Positions 9,522-19,132 are shown, counted from the first letter of the stretch. The stretch is DNA of 64,000 nt from an uncultured Gammaproteobacteria bacterium (GCA_964424195.1 CAYRHT010000004.1:76769-140768); one strand, 5' to 3'. Notes: generated by a model from the letters alone, not told the origin. Numbers and translations are program-made.

Positions 9522-9949
9522 GATTTTTAGGAATAGATCACGGACAATCAAAGATAGGTTTAGCTTTAGGAGATAATGAAGCTAATTTTTCTTTACCTTA
9601 CAAAATAGTAAAAACAGAGGAGTTTTTTAATGTTATTCATAGTGTTTTAGAAGAAGAAAGTATTGAAGAAATAGTTTTAGGACTACCAAAGAATCTTAAT
9701 AATGAAGAAACTCAACAAACTGCAATAGTATATGATTTTCTAAAAGAATTAAAAGAAGAAGTTAAACTACCAATTCATTTAGAAGATGAAAGAATGACTT
9801 CAGTGATGGGCAAAGGAATGCAAGGTAGATACCTTAGAGAAGATTCTAGAAAAGAGAATAGAAAGGATAAAGTAAAGATTAAATCTGATGAAGATGCTTC
9901 TTCCGCAGCTTTAATATTAGAAACATTTTTAAAGAGAAATTATGAATAG
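9518..9949 (+). CDS. yqgF: YqgF/RuvX family nuclease
   Basis: LGIDHG..KIGLA, VLGLP, DERMTS, D..SAALIL. Confidence 0.92.
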   Translation: MRFLGIDHGQSKIGLALGDNEANFSLPYKIVKTEEFFNVIHSVLEEESIEEIVLGLPKNLNNEETQQTAIVYDFLKELKEEVKLPIHLEDERMTSVMGKGMQGRYLREDSRKENRKDKVKIKSDEDASSAALILETFLKRNYE

Positions 9950-11027
9950 AATTTATATATACGCTATTATTTTTATTATATCTCTTCTAATGAGTTATTT
10001 TTTAACTTTATTAGCTAAGAAATTATCTTTTAAATTTAAAATACTTGATTACCCTAATGAAGAGAGGAAGATTCATCATCAACCCATAGCTCTTTTAGGT
10101 GGTTGGGCAATCTATCTAAGTTTTTCTATTCTAACTCTATTATTCATTATTTTCTTCCCAGATTTAATCTTAACTTATAATATTAGTTTCTGGCAGGTAA
10201 TTGGAATTATTATTGCTGGTTTAATTTTAATGGTTAGCGGGACCTTTGATGACAAGTATAATTTGAATGCTGGACAACAACTATCTCTAACTATTTTAGC
10301 TTGTCTGGTTATAATTTTTAGTGGAACAACTATTAAATTTATTACTCGACCAGGAGGAGGGATTATAGATTTAGGTGGTTCTCAAATTAGTTTCTTAGGA
10401 CAAGAATTTTATTTAATTGGAACAGTTTTAACTTTCTTTTGGCTTTTAATAATTACTAACACAACTAAGCTTTTAGATGGTCTAGATGGATTAGCTAGTG
10501 GAATCACTGGTATTGGAATGATAATCCTCTTCATAGTTTCTTTATTCTGGGATGCTCCTCAGAGCGGAACTAGTATTTTAATTCTAATGCTAGCTGGTTC
10601 TATATTTGGATTTTTAATATTAAACTTTCATCCAGCTAAGATATTTCTAGGTAATGGCGGAAGTACTTTTCTAGGTTTAGCAATTGGAGTGATGGCAATT
10701 ATTAGTGGAGCTAAGATTGCTACAGCTCTATTAGTCATGGGACTTCCTTTACTTGATATGGTTTGGGTAATTATCCAAAGATTAAGAAAAGGAGAGTCTC
10801 CTTTCAAACATGCTGATCAAAAGCATTTACATTTTCGTCTATTAAGTTTAGGATTAAGTAAGAGGCAAACAGTTTTAAGTTTGTATCTAATTTCATTATT
10901 CTTTGGATTCATTGCTTTATTCCAAGGAACAATAGGGAAGTTAACTAGCTTAACAATCCTAGTTTTATTTATTATAATAATATTTAGTTTTATTTATTAC
11001 CAAAATGAAAAAATTAAAAACAATTAG
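9942..11027 (+). CDS. WecA/TagO-like polyprenyl-phosphate GlcNAc-1-phosphate transferase (MraY/GT4 family)
   Basis: RKIH..P..LGG, FDD, LDGLDGLA, NFHPAKIFLG, HLHFRL; many TM helices. Confidence 0.9.
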   Translation: MNRIYIYAIIFIISLLMSYFLTLLAKKLSFKFKILDYPNEERKIHHQPIALLGGWAIYLSFSILTLLFIIFFPDLILTYNISFWQVIGIIIAGLILMVSGTFDDKYNLNAGQQLSLTILACLVIIFSGTTIKFITRPGGGIIDLGGSQISFLGQEFYLIGTVLTFFWLLIITNTTKLLDGLDGLASGITGIGMIILFIVSLFWDAPQSGTSILILMLAGSIFGFLILNFHPAKIFLGNGGSTFLGLAIGVMAIISGAKIATALLVMGLPLLDMVWVIIQRLRKGESPFKHADQKHLHFRLLSLGLSKRQTVLSLYLISLFFGFIALFQGTIGKLTSLTILVLFIIIIFSFIYYQNEKIKNN

Positions 11028-11427
11028 TTTAATTCTTTTAATATTATTACTATCAGCTTGTACTAATGATAGTATTGATTTAAAGATTAATGGAGAGGAC
11101 TTACATGTAGATATCTCAGCAGATGCTTTGAGTAGAACTCGAGGATTATCAGGAGTAGAAAGTCTTTGTGATAATTGTGGAATGGTTTTTATATTCGGAG
11201 AAGAGTCTAAATATACTTTTTGGATGAGAGAGATGAATTTCCCATTAGATATTTTGTATATCCAAAAAGATGAAATAGTAGAGATATTTAAAGATGTTCA
11301 GATCTTAAATGACATGGGAGAAATTACAGAAATATTTCCTAATCAGAGCGCTGACAAGGTCTTAGAGCTAAATGCTGGATGGTGTGATGCTCACAATGTT
11401 CAAATAGGTGACAGGATAGAATTATAA
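11005..11427 (+). CDS. DUF192 family lipoprotein
   Basis: LSAC lipobox, GL...GMVFIF, FWMREMNFPLDI, VLELNAG. Confidence 0.88.
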   Translation: MKKLKTISLILLILLLSACTNDSIDLKINGEDLHVDISADALSRTRGLSGVESLCDNCGMVFIFGEESKYTFWMREMNFPLDILYIQKDEIVEIFKDVQILNDMGEITEIFPNQSADKVLELNAGWCDAHNVQIGDRIEL

Positions 11428-11442
11428 TTAACAGTATAAGAA

Positions 11443-12642
11443 ATGAAATTATCAGAGAGAGCAATAGCTACTCAAGAATCACCAATTAGGAAGTTGAAAC
11501 CTTTAGTAGATCAAGTTGAAGCTAAAGGAATTAAAATATACCGTCTAAATATTGGGCAACCAGATTTAGAAACTCCTAAAGAGATAGTAAAAGTCTACAA
11601 AAAATATCATGAAAAAGTTTTAAGCTATGGTCCAGCTCAAGGCTTAGATTTGTATCGAGAAAATTTAGTAAACTATTACCAAAGAAATAATATTGATATT
11701 AATAAAGATGATATTATTGTCACCACTGCTGGCTCAGAAGCTATTATTTTTGCTTTAATGACAACTTGTAATCCTGGGGATGAGATTATCATTCCTGAAC
11801 CTTTCTATACCAATTACAATGGATTTGCTAAAATGGCTGGAGTTAAAGTAGTTCCTTTAACTACTCATGCTGAGAATGGATATGGTTTACCAAGTGATGA
11901 AAAGATTAAAGAGTTAATTAATGAAAAGACTAAAGCTATTCTAATCTGTAGTCCTAATAATCCTACTGGAGCAGTTTATCCTCGTAAAGATATGGAAAGA
12001 ATTGCTAAAATAGCTCAAGAACATGATCTATTTATAATCTCTGATGAAGTTTATCGAGAATTTATTTACAATGGAGAAGAACAAGTTAGTTTTTTAAATA
12101 TCAAGGATATAGAAGATAAAGTTATCATGGTTGATAGTATCTCTAAGAGGTATAGTGCTTGTGGAGCTAGAATAGGTTGTTTAATTTCTCGGAATAAAGG
12201 AATAATGGCTGCAGCTTTGAAATTTGCTCAAGCTAGACTATGTCCACCAACAATTGATCAATTAGCTGCTAACGCTGCTATTGATATTAAGCCTAGTTAT
12301 TTCAAGAGAGTAATAAAGGAGTATGATAAACGAAGAAATATTGTCTTTAATGCTCTACAAGAGATGGAAGGAGTAATCTGTGAAAAACCAGCTGGTTCTT
12401 TCTATATCATGGCTAAACTACCAATTAAAGACGCAGAAAGCTTTATAAAATGGCTTTTAACAGACTTTGAGATAGATAATGAAACATTGGTACTAGCTCC
12501 AGGAAATGGCTTCTATGCTACTCCAAATGCTGGTAGAGACAAGGTTAGAATAGCCTATGTTTTGAATGAAAAAGACCTAAAGAAAGCAATGTATATTTTA
12601 AAGAAAGGTTTAGAAGAATACAAAAAAATAAATAATAATTAA
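11443..12642 (+). CDS. PLP-dependent aminotransferase class I/II (aspartate aminotransferase-like)
   Basis: LNIGQPD, PNNPTG, SDEVY, SISKRYSACGARIG. Confidence 0.93.
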   Translation: MKLSERAIATQESPIRKLKPLVDQVEAKGIKIYRLNIGQPDLETPKEIVKVYKKYHEKVLSYGPAQGLDLYRENLVNYYQRNNIDINKDDIIVTTAGSEAIIFALMTTCNPGDEIIIPEPFYTNYNGFAKMAGVKVVPLTTHAENGYGLPSDEKIKELINEKTKAILICSPNNPTGAVYPRKDMERIAKIAQEHDLFIISDEVYREFIYNGEEQVSFLNIKDIEDKVIMVDSISKRYSACGARIGCLISRNKGIMAAALKFAQARLCPPTIDQLAANAAIDIKPSYFKRVIKEYDKRRNIVFNALQEMEGVICEKPAGSFYIMAKLPIKDAESFIKWLLTDFEIDNETLVLAPGNGFYATPNAGRDKVRIAYVLNEKDLKKAMYILKKGLEEYKKINNN

Positions 12643-12651
12643 TATAAAAAT

Positions 12652-13950
12652 ATGAAAAAAGCAATTATTTTTGCAATTTGTATAGCATTTCTATGGAATT
12701 TTTCTTTGAGCTTAGTTAAAGCTGAGGAAGTAGATAACGTAGAAGAGGTAGAATCTTATCTAGAAGAAGATATCCAGGAATTTATTGGAGAGAATCAAGT
12801 AATTTTAGATGTTCAAGATATAGAAGGAGTTACTGTTAAAGAGGTTAAAAAGATGCCTAGTAAATTTGGTTTATTTTGGAGAGGAATGAGAGAAAAAGTG
12901 ACAGTAGCTTTAACCTTTAATCCTATAAAAAAGGCAGAAAAAAGATTAATGTTTGCGGGAGAAAAGATTAAATTATCAGAATATATTATAGAAAATTCTG
13001 AGAGTGAAAAAGCACAAGAATTAGCAATAAAAATGTCAGAGAAGGCTAATGAATTTATTCTAAAAATAGAAGAGAATAAAGATAAAATATTAGATAGAGC
13101 TGAAGAGAAAAGGGGAAAGATATTTGAAAATGTATTAAAACACAAGGCTAATCGAGATGCTGTACTAGATAAAATAGAGAATAAGATTCCTACTGAAAAG
13201 TTAGAGAAACTTAATTTAATAAGAGAAAATAATAAGATTGAAGATGAAAAATTAAAAGCAATCTTAAAGAGCAAAAAGCTTCCAGAAATTTACAAGAAAA
13301 AGATTCAAATCCAATATAATAATTTTTCTAATAAGCTAGAATATCATAAAGAATTTATTGAAAAAAATAAGGAATTAATAGAGAAAGCAAAAGAAGGAGA
13401 TAAAGAAGCTAAAGCAGAGTTAACAAAGATAAAAAAAGATACTAAAGAGGAATTAAAAGAGACTGTAGATGCAATTGTTGCTGAGAAGAGAGTAGAGAAA
13501 GATAAGCTATTAATAGAAATTAAAGAAAATAAGAGAGGATCTTATGAATCTTTCAAAAAATCAATGTCTGCTAAAAAGAAGTTGATGGAGAATACTGTAG
13601 GTACTAGTGAAGATGTTAGAGTTCAATTACGAAATAGTAATAAGAAGATAATAGAAGCAAAAAGAAGTGTAATTAAGAAAGAAAGAGCAATTAGATCTAG
13701 TATAGTCCCAACAGAAGTAAAAGGAGCAGAGAAGCTTCATCCTATTGTTGAAAATAATCGTAAATTTTTGGAAAAGCTAGGTGTTGATGTAAATACATGG
13801 TCTAGAAGAGTTACACCTGAATTAGAGAAATGTTTTAGAGGAAAAGTCGGTGAAAAGAGATTTAAAGAAATAGAGAAAAGTTCTTCTGGAGATCCTCAAG
13901 CTCTAAGAGTATCTGATCTTATTAAAGCTAGAAAGTGTGTTAATCAGTAA
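12652..13950 (+). CDS. Secreted coiled-coil protein, DUF5667-like
   Basis: Signal peptide ending VKA; LTFNPIKKAEKRLMFAGEKI segment typical of DUF5667; K/E-rich helices. Confidence 0.7.
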   Translation: MKKAIIFAICIAFLWNFSLSLVKAEEVDNVEEVESYLEEDIQEFIGENQVILDVQDIEGVTVKEVKKMPSKFGLFWRGMREKVTVALTFNPIKKAEKRLMFAGEKIKLSEYIIENSESEKAQELAIKMSEKANEFILKIEENKDKILDRAEEKRGKIFENVLKHKANRDAVLDKIENKIPTEKLEKLNLIRENNKIEDEKLKAILKSKKLPEIYKKKIQIQYNNFSNKLEYHKEFIEKNKELIEKAKEGDKEAKAELTKIKKDTKEELKETVDAIVAEKRVEKDKLLIEIKENKRGSYESFKKSMSAKKKLMENTVGTSEDVRVQLRNSNKKIIEAKRSVIKKERAIRSSIVPTEVKGAEKLHPIVENNRKFLEKLGVDVNTWSRRVTPELEKCFRGKVGEKRFKEIEKSSSGDPQALRVSDLIKARKCVNQ

Positions 13951-14028
13951 AAAGGGGCTATAGTATTGACTTTTTATCTCTATTGTAGTAAAATTCTATT
14001 ACATTATTAATATAATCTTTATAAAGAT

Positions 14029-14331
14029 ATGAAAATTGCAATAGTAAAAACTGGTGGAAAACAATATAAAGTTAAAGCTGGTGATAAATTTAAAGTAGAA
14101 AAACTAGTTAGTGAAGAAGGTAAATCTATTAAATTAGATGTTCTTTTAATGGCCGATGGAGATAAGGTTGAAGTTGGAACTCCAATGTTAAAAGATAAGG
14201 TTGAAGCTAAAGTTATTCGACAGTTTAGAGATAAAAAGATTAGAGTTGTTAAATACAAGAATAAGACTAGATATTGTAAGGTTTATGGTCACAGACAACA
14301 TTTAACTGAATTAGAAGTTACTAAAGTATAA
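14029..14331 (+). CDS. rplU: 50S ribosomal protein L21
   Basis: AIVKTGGKQYKV, GHRQ. Confidence 0.98.
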   Translation: MKIAIVKTGGKQYKVKAGDKFKVEKLVSEEGKSIKLDVLLMADGDKVEVGTPMLKDKVEAKVIRQFRDKKIRVVKYKNKTRYCKVYGHRQHLTELEVTKV

Positions 14332-14348
14332 TATTTCTAGATAGATAT

Positions 14349-14378
14349 AAAAAAGCCTCGTTTCTAACGGGGTTTTTT
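14349..14378. terminator. Bidirectional terminator between rplU and the NUDIX gene
   Basis: A run-gcctcgtt-tct-aacggggt-T run between convergent genes. Confidence 0.8.
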
Positions 14379-14407
14379 GGTTGACCCAATTACTTTATTA
14401 TCTATTA

Positions 14408-14848
14408 TTACCATCCATACTCGCTATAAAACTTTTTGTCTTTAATTTGCTCAAAGACAAATCTAATATAATCAATAGTATTATCAGGTAGATTATCTAT
14501 TGGAAACCACGACAAATCATCACACTTATTAGGCTCCATGTTTTTGACTTCATCTTGCTGTTTATTAGTTATAAAAAAAGCATCTACCCACTCAACCTTT
14601 TCTTCTGATTTTCGATGCATAATATGTACTATATTTACATCATCTGTTTTTAATGTGATTCCTATTTCTTCTTTAACTTCCCGAATTAAAGTCTGAGTAA
14701 ATGTTTCATTTTTTTCTACATGACCAGAAGGAATGCCATATTTTCCGTCATTATAGCCCGTATTATAACGACGCTGTAATAATACTTTATTATCTTTCAT
14801 TAATATAAGATAAGAGGCGGTCATATTATGGGGTTTCTTTTTATTCAT
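14408..14848 (-). CDS. NUDIX hydrolase
   Basis: GHVEKNET...LIREVKEEIG Nudix box; N.EP.KC..L.WF. Confidence 0.92.
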   Translation of the reverse strand: MNKKKPHNMTASYLILMKDNKVLLQRRYNTGYNDGKYGIPSGHVEKNETFTQTLIREVKEEIGITLKTDDVNIVHIMHRKSEEKVEWVDAFFITNKQQDEVKNMEPNKCDDLSWFPIDNLPDNTIDYIRFVFEQIKDKKFYSEYGW

Positions 14849-14858
14849 GATTTTATAT

Positions 14859-15158
14859 TTAAGTAGCTAATTTAAATTTTTTTACTTTATTTTTTAAAAT
14901 AGGACTGAGAACTCGTCTTTCTTTTTCAAGATTATAATGTAGTTGAAGATTAAGCCAGAATTCAGGAGAATTATTAAAGTATTTTGCTAATCTCAAGGCT
15001 GTATCAGCAGTAATAGCTCTTTTGTTTTTAACAATTTCACTAATTCTAATAGCAGGAACATTAATGTCCTTTGCTAAACGATACATAGTGATATTAAGGG
15101 GTTTTAAAAATTCTTCTTTTAATATTTCACCAGGATGAATTTGTTTTATTTTACTCAT
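14859..15158 (-). CDS. higA: HigA family antitoxin (HTH)
   Basis: HPGEILKEEFL.P, ITADTALRLAKYF, FWLNLQ. Confidence 0.95.
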   Translation of the reverse strand: MSKIKQIHPGEILKEEFLKPLNITMYRLAKDINVPAIRISEIVKNKRAITADTALRLAKYFNNSPEFWLNLQLHYNLEKERRVLSPILKNKVKKFKLAT

Positions 15159-15162
15159 ATAT

Positions 15163-15444
15163 TTAATGATAATCTATTATTTGGACTTGATAAGCATGAC
15201 CATTATTCCATTCAAATATTATTCGCCATTGATCGTTGATCCGAATACTATGTTTATTCTTAAATTTACCTTTCATCAGTTTAAGATGATTAGAAGGAGG
15301 AGTATGTAAATCATTTAAAGAAATAGAAGCTTCTAAAATTAATAATTTCATCAAAGCTTTCTTTTGAATTGAAGTAGGTAATTTTTTAGAATATTCATAA
15401 TTGAATATCTTTTTAGTTTCTTTACAATTAAAAGTTTTAATCAT
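15163..15444 (-). CDS. higB: HigB family toxin (RelE superfamily)
   Basis: MIKTF start, PPSNHL, SIRINDQWRIIF, C-terminal DYH; upstream of higA. Confidence 0.94.
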   Translation of the reverse strand: MIKTFNCKETKKIFNYEYSKKLPTSIQKKALMKLLILEASISLNDLHTPPSNHLKLMKGKFKNKHSIRINDQWRIIFEWNNGHAYQVQIIDYH

Positions 15445-15464
15445 AATCGCTTTTCTTATTTTTA

Positions 15465-15502
15465 ATAATAACGTAAGACGATAATATTGTCAAGCGTTAT
15501 TA
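15465..15502 (-). promoter_or_regulatory. higBA promoter with inverted-repeat operator
   Basis: Minus strand TTGACA-17-TATTAT; inverted repeat taataacg (15466-15473) / cgttatta (15495-15502) bracketing it. Confidence 0.75.
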
Positions 15503-15507
15503 GTCTT

Positions 15508-15609
15508 TTATTCCAACCTCTTCCTATCCTCTAAAGCTGAAGAAAGAGTTAGTTCGTCAGTGTATTTTAAATCAGAGCCCATAGGGATCCCTTGAGATAA
15601 ATGATTTAT
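15508..15609 (-). pseudogene. recR: Diverged duplicate of the recR 3' end
   Basis: Translates to INHLSQGIPMGSDLKYTDELTLSSALEDRKRLE* versus recR ITRLARGIPMGSDLEYTDELTLSSALENRKKLN*; 22-bp identical core 15545-15566 = 16604-16625. Confidence 0.92.
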
Positions 15610-15956
15610 TATTTAGTATGAGTAGGAGGTATTGAATTTACTTTAGTATTAAATTTAATTATTCCAGGGATAAGTAATGTATTCATGTATGAATTTGACC
15701 TACAATAATTATTTAAACAAAATGTTTTAGCATTACAATGACTATCACATCTTGTACCCATGCTCCATTCATTAGGTTTACAGAACTCAGTAATTCTTTC
15801 TGAAGTACAATCTAAATAGGTATCACAAGGAATATATTTTTTATTCAATTCACAGTTAATTTGATATGAATTTTTTGATAGATAATTATAATATCCATAG
15901 CCCACAAGAATGAAGAGTAATATAATTAACAAAATCCATTTAAGATATTTTTTCAT
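15609..15956 (-). CDS. Hypothetical membrane-anchored Cys-rich protein
   Basis: N-terminal hydrophobic anchor, about 9 Cys in the extracellular part. Confidence 0.7.
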   Translation of the reverse strand: MKKYLKWILLIILLFILVGYGYYNYLSKNSYQINCELNKKYIPCDTYLDCTSERITEFCKPNEWSMGTRCDSHCNAKTFCLNNYCRSNSYMNTLLIPGIIKFNTKVNSIPPTHTK

Positions 15957-16010
15957 ATTATTTTACTCATATATTCACAAGCTTAGCTTAATTTATTTGT
16001 GTATAATGAT

Positions 16011-16271
16011 TTATTGATAAACATCGTGATTTCCTACAGAATGAAAATATACTGTATTTTTCTTTTTACTAAATTCAAAAATTATTCGATATTTATAACC
16101 AATTGAGAATGATAAAAACTTTTTAAGTCTACCTTTTAATTTATGTGTTTTTAGTTTTGGGTTGCGCGGATTTCGACGAAATATTACTTCATGCTCCTCA
16201 GCAATTGTTTTTACAGACGAGGGTAGTTTTCGATATTCTTTGGCAAATTTTGAACTATAGATAATTTTCAT
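16011..16271 (-). CDS. RelE/YafQ-like mRNA interferase toxin
   Basis: MKIIYSSKFAKEY, P..P.LKTHKLKG, SFSI...YRIIF, VGNHDVY. Confidence 0.9.
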   Translation of the reverse strand: MKIIYSSKFAKEYRKLPSSVKTIAEEHEVIFRRNPRNPKLKTHKLKGRLKKFLSFSIGYKYRIIFEFSKKKNTVYFHSVGNHDVYQ

Positions 16272-16280
16272 AGATAGTGA

Positions 16281-16496
16281 TTATCTTAAGTTTTTTAGAG
16301 ATTTTAAAGTTTTACCTTTGCCTGATATAATTTCCTGACGACTTTCATTAAGTTCGTTTAATAGTTTTCCGGCTTGCCAATCGCGTAAAAGATCACGAAA
16401 AAATTCACTAGTACTGATATATTGTTCTTTTTTTACAAAAGTTTTTACATTTTTAGCCATTTGAGATGGCATAGAAATATTAATTATTTCTCGCAT
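16281..16496 (-). CDS. Ribbon-helix-helix antitoxin (CopG/ParD-like)
   Basis: IINISMP...Y.STSEFFRDLLR; directly upstream of the RelE-type toxin. Confidence 0.88.
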   Translation of the reverse strand: MREIINISMPSQMAKNVKTFVKKEQYISTSEFFRDLLRDWQAGKLLNELNESRQEIISGKGKTLKSLKNLR

Positions 16497-16508
16497 AAGT
16501 TTAAATTA

Positions 16509-16557
16509 ATTGTAATATATTGTATTACAATATTAACACACTGTAAATTTTTGTCAA
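16509..16557 (-). promoter_or_regulatory. TA operon promoter with palindromic operator
   Basis: Minus strand TTGACA-16-TAATAT; palindrome attgtaata-N5-tattacaat at 16509-16531. Confidence 0.7.
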
Positions 16558-16566
16558 TGAGATATT

Positions 16567-17160
16567 CTAATTTAACTTTTTCCTATTCTCCAGAGCAGAG
16601 GAGAGAGTTAGTTCGTCAGTGTATTCTAGGTCTGAACCCATGGGAATACCTCTAGCTAAACGAGTAATAGTTATATTAGAGTTCTTAAAGATGTTTTTTA
16701 AATAAGTAGTAGTAGCTTCTCCTTGAATGTTAGCATCAAATGCTAGAATAATTTCTTTAACATTGTTGTTTTTAATTCTATTTACTAATTCTTTTATAAA
16801 TAGCTTGTCGGGAGTCATACCTGAGAGAGGATCGATAAGACCACCAAGAATATGATAAACTCCATTGAACTTACCAGTAGATTCCATAACTTCTAAGTCG
16901 CTAGTATTAGCAATAACACAAATAGTATCTTTCTGACGATTAGAACTACTACAAATAGGGCAGGGGTTAACATCAGAGAAGTTATTACATAACTGACAGA
17001 CCTTTAGTTCTTTAGTATTATGTAAAGCTCTCATAAAGTCATCTATCTTAGCTTTAGGTTTTGAAGCCAAAAAAAGAGCAAGACGCTCAGCTGATTTAGG
17101 GCCAATGCCCGGCAGAGTCATCAATTGCTCTATTAAGTTTTTTATTATATTTGGATACAT
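16567..17160 (-). CDS. recR: Recombination mediator RecR
   Basis: LPGIGPKSAERLA HhH, C4 zinc finger, YHILGG, Toprim, RLARGIPMG.DLEY.DE.TL. Confidence 0.98.
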   Translation of the reverse strand: MYPNIIKNLIEQLMTLPGIGPKSAERLALFLASKPKAKIDDFMRALHNTKELKVCQLCNNFSDVNPCPICSSSNRQKDTICVIANTSDLEVMESTGKFNGVYHILGGLIDPLSGMTPDKLFIKELVNRIKNNNVKEIILAFDANIQGEATTTYLKNIFKNSNITITRLARGIPMGSDLEYTDELTLSSALENRKKLN

Positions 17161-17448
17161 TTAGAAATTGAAGTTAGGCATAGATATTTCTCCATTTTTC
17201 ATCTTCTCAGCCATCATTTTTTGAACCTTATTAGTAGCATTAGAAAATAGTTCAGGAATAATACTTTCAATTGTTGAGTTTTCCATATCTTCTGGAATAC
17301 TTAGAGAAAGTACTTTTTGATTACCATCCATTTTTAAAACAATACCTCTTTGTTCTACTTCTACATTCTCTTGAGAAAGAGTATCTTGCATACTCTTAGC
17401 TTGAGCTTTTAAATCTTTAATTTGGTTTAATTTGGAGAACATATTCAT
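17161..17448 (-). CDS. ybaB: YbaB/EbfC nucleoid-associated protein
   Basis: AKSMQDTL...MDGNQKV.SLSI; canonical position upstream of recR. Confidence 0.85.
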   Translation of the reverse strand: MNMFSKLNQIKDLKAQAKSMQDTLSQENVEVEQRGIVLKMDGNQKVLSLSIPEDMENSTIESIIPELFSNATNKVQKMMAEKMKNGEISMPNFNF

Positions 17449-17469
17449 AATCTTATCTTTTGTTATTTA

Positions 17470-18885
17470 TTATACTTCTATTGGTTCTGGACTTGCATCT
17501 GCTCGTTTTTCTAGACTCTTGAAACTAACTGTTTCTAGATCGAAAAAGGTTTTAACCATTCCAGTTGGACCATTCCGATGTTTAGCAATATGGATTTCAG
17601 CAATTCCTTTCTCCTCAGGAGTTAGGTCTTCTAAACGATAGTTTCTATCTGCTGCTTTTCGATAGATAAACATTACTACATCAGCATCTTGTTCTATTGT
17701 ACCAGACTCTCGAAGATGAGCCAATTTAGGTATCGCAGGTTTAGTTTGTTCTACAGCACGAGAAAGCTGAGATAGGGCAATGATTGGAATATTTAATTCT
17801 CGAGCAATGTTTTTTAAACCTCTAGTGATTTCAGCAACTTCTTGAACTCGATTCTCTTTATTTCCCTTAGATTCCATCAACTGTAAATAATCAATGATTA
17901 AGAGAGAAAGGTTATGTTCTAATTTTAATCTTCGAGCTTTAGTTCTAATCTGCATGATATTTAGGGAAGCAGAGTCATCGATAAATATCTTTGCTTCAGA
18001 GAGAGTTCCCATAGCATGTCCTATTTTTGGAAAGTCATCATGTTCAGCTTTATCAGATAATCTACCAGTTCTCATTTTCCATAATGATACTCCAGCTTCA
18101 GAACAGAGGATTCTATCCACTAATTCTTCTTTACTCATTTCTAAAGAGAATAGTCCAATTGTTTCTTTACCACTTACAGCAGCATGACGAGCAATATCTA
18201 AAGCTAGAGATGTTTTACCAACAGAGGGCCGAGCCGCGATAATAATTAGGTTAGATTTTTGGAAACCAGCTAGGACATTATCTAAATCAGGAAATCCAGT
18301 TGGAACACCTCTGAGTTTACCTTTATTCTTATGCAATTCATCAATCCTATCAAAAGTATCATTTAAAACACTAGAAATTGGTATAAAGTTTTCTCGGAGG
18401 AACTTTTGGGATATTTGAAAAAGCTTTCTTTCAGAATTATCTAAAACATCATCAACTACATTAGTTTCATCATAGGCTAGACTAATGATCTCTTGAGAGG
18501 CTTTTAATAATCTTCGGAGAGTGGCTTTCTTTTGAACTATTTCAGCGTAGTATTTTACATTACCAGCAGTAACTACAGAGTTAGTTAAACTAGCTAAATA
18601 TGATTTACCACCAATGTTTTCCAATTCTTTTCTGTCTTCTAGAGAGTTAGCAACTGAGAGTAGATCAATTGGTTCTCTTTTTTCATAGAGTTCTAAACAA
18701 GATTCATATATTTTCTGATGAGCATTTCGGTAAAAATCTTCAGGATTTAAAATATCAGCAATCTTGTTAATTGCTTCATCATCAATTAAAATAGAGCCCA
18801 AGACATTAGCTTCAGCTTCTAAATTATGTGGAGGTATCTTATCAATACTTTCAGACTTATTTATAGTAGTTATTTTTTTATTCAT
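17470..18885 (-). CDS. dnaB: Replicative DNA helicase
   Basis: PPHNLEAE, AARPSVGKT, IDYLQLM, LSQLSR, LRESGTIEQDAD, KHRNGPTG; no intein. Confidence 0.99.
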   Translation of the reverse strand: MNKKITTINKSESIDKIPPHNLEAEANVLGSILIDDEAINKIADILNPEDFYRNAHQKIYESCLELYEKREPIDLLSVANSLEDRKELENIGGKSYLASLTNSVVTAGNVKYYAEIVQKKATLRRLLKASQEIISLAYDETNVVDDVLDNSERKLFQISQKFLRENFIPISSVLNDTFDRIDELHKNKGKLRGVPTGFPDLDNVLAGFQKSNLIIIAARPSVGKTSLALDIARHAAVSGKETIGLFSLEMSKEELVDRILCSEAGVSLWKMRTGRLSDKAEHDDFPKIGHAMGTLSEAKIFIDDSASLNIMQIRTKARRLKLEHNLSLLIIDYLQLMESKGNKENRVQEVAEITRGLKNIARELNIPIIALSQLSRAVEQTKPAIPKLAHLRESGTIEQDADVVMFIYRKAADRNYRLEDLTPEEKGIAEIHIAKHRNGPTGMVKTFFDLETVSFKSLEKRADASPEPIEV

Positions 18886-19053
18886 AGTATGTATATTCTA
18901 ACAGAAAAGAATTTCTAGACAAGTCTTTTATATACAGTTTATGCACTTCTTTTAAACATAGAGGAAGTATTGATTTTTTGTGAGATATATGTTATATTCT
19001 ACATAGTAAAAATACAATAAATTGTATTTTTTGTTATAATACATATAGATTAT

Positions 19054-19129
19054 GCGCCGTTAGCTCAGTTGGTAGAGCAGCAGCCTTTTAAGCTGATGGT
19101 CGCAGGTTCGAATCCTGCACGGCGTACCA
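19054..19129 (+). tRNA. tRNA-Lys (anticodon TTT)
   Basis: 76-nt cloverleaf: gcgccgt/acggcgt acceptor stem, D arm gctc/gagc, anticodon loop cttttaa, T arm gcagg-ttcgaat-cctgc, encoded CCA. Confidence 0.96.
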
Positions 19130-19132
19130 CTT

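Noticed and set aside
14408-16496. Integron cassette array (TA and NUDIX cargo are typical of integrons)
   Set aside because: No integron integrase, and no attC-like RYYYAAC...GTTRRRY palindromes are recognisable in the short gaps between genes.
15508-16668. recR duplicate as a DGR template/variable repeat pair
   Set aside because: Differences are not adenine-specific, fall mostly at synonymous positions, and no reverse transcriptase is present.
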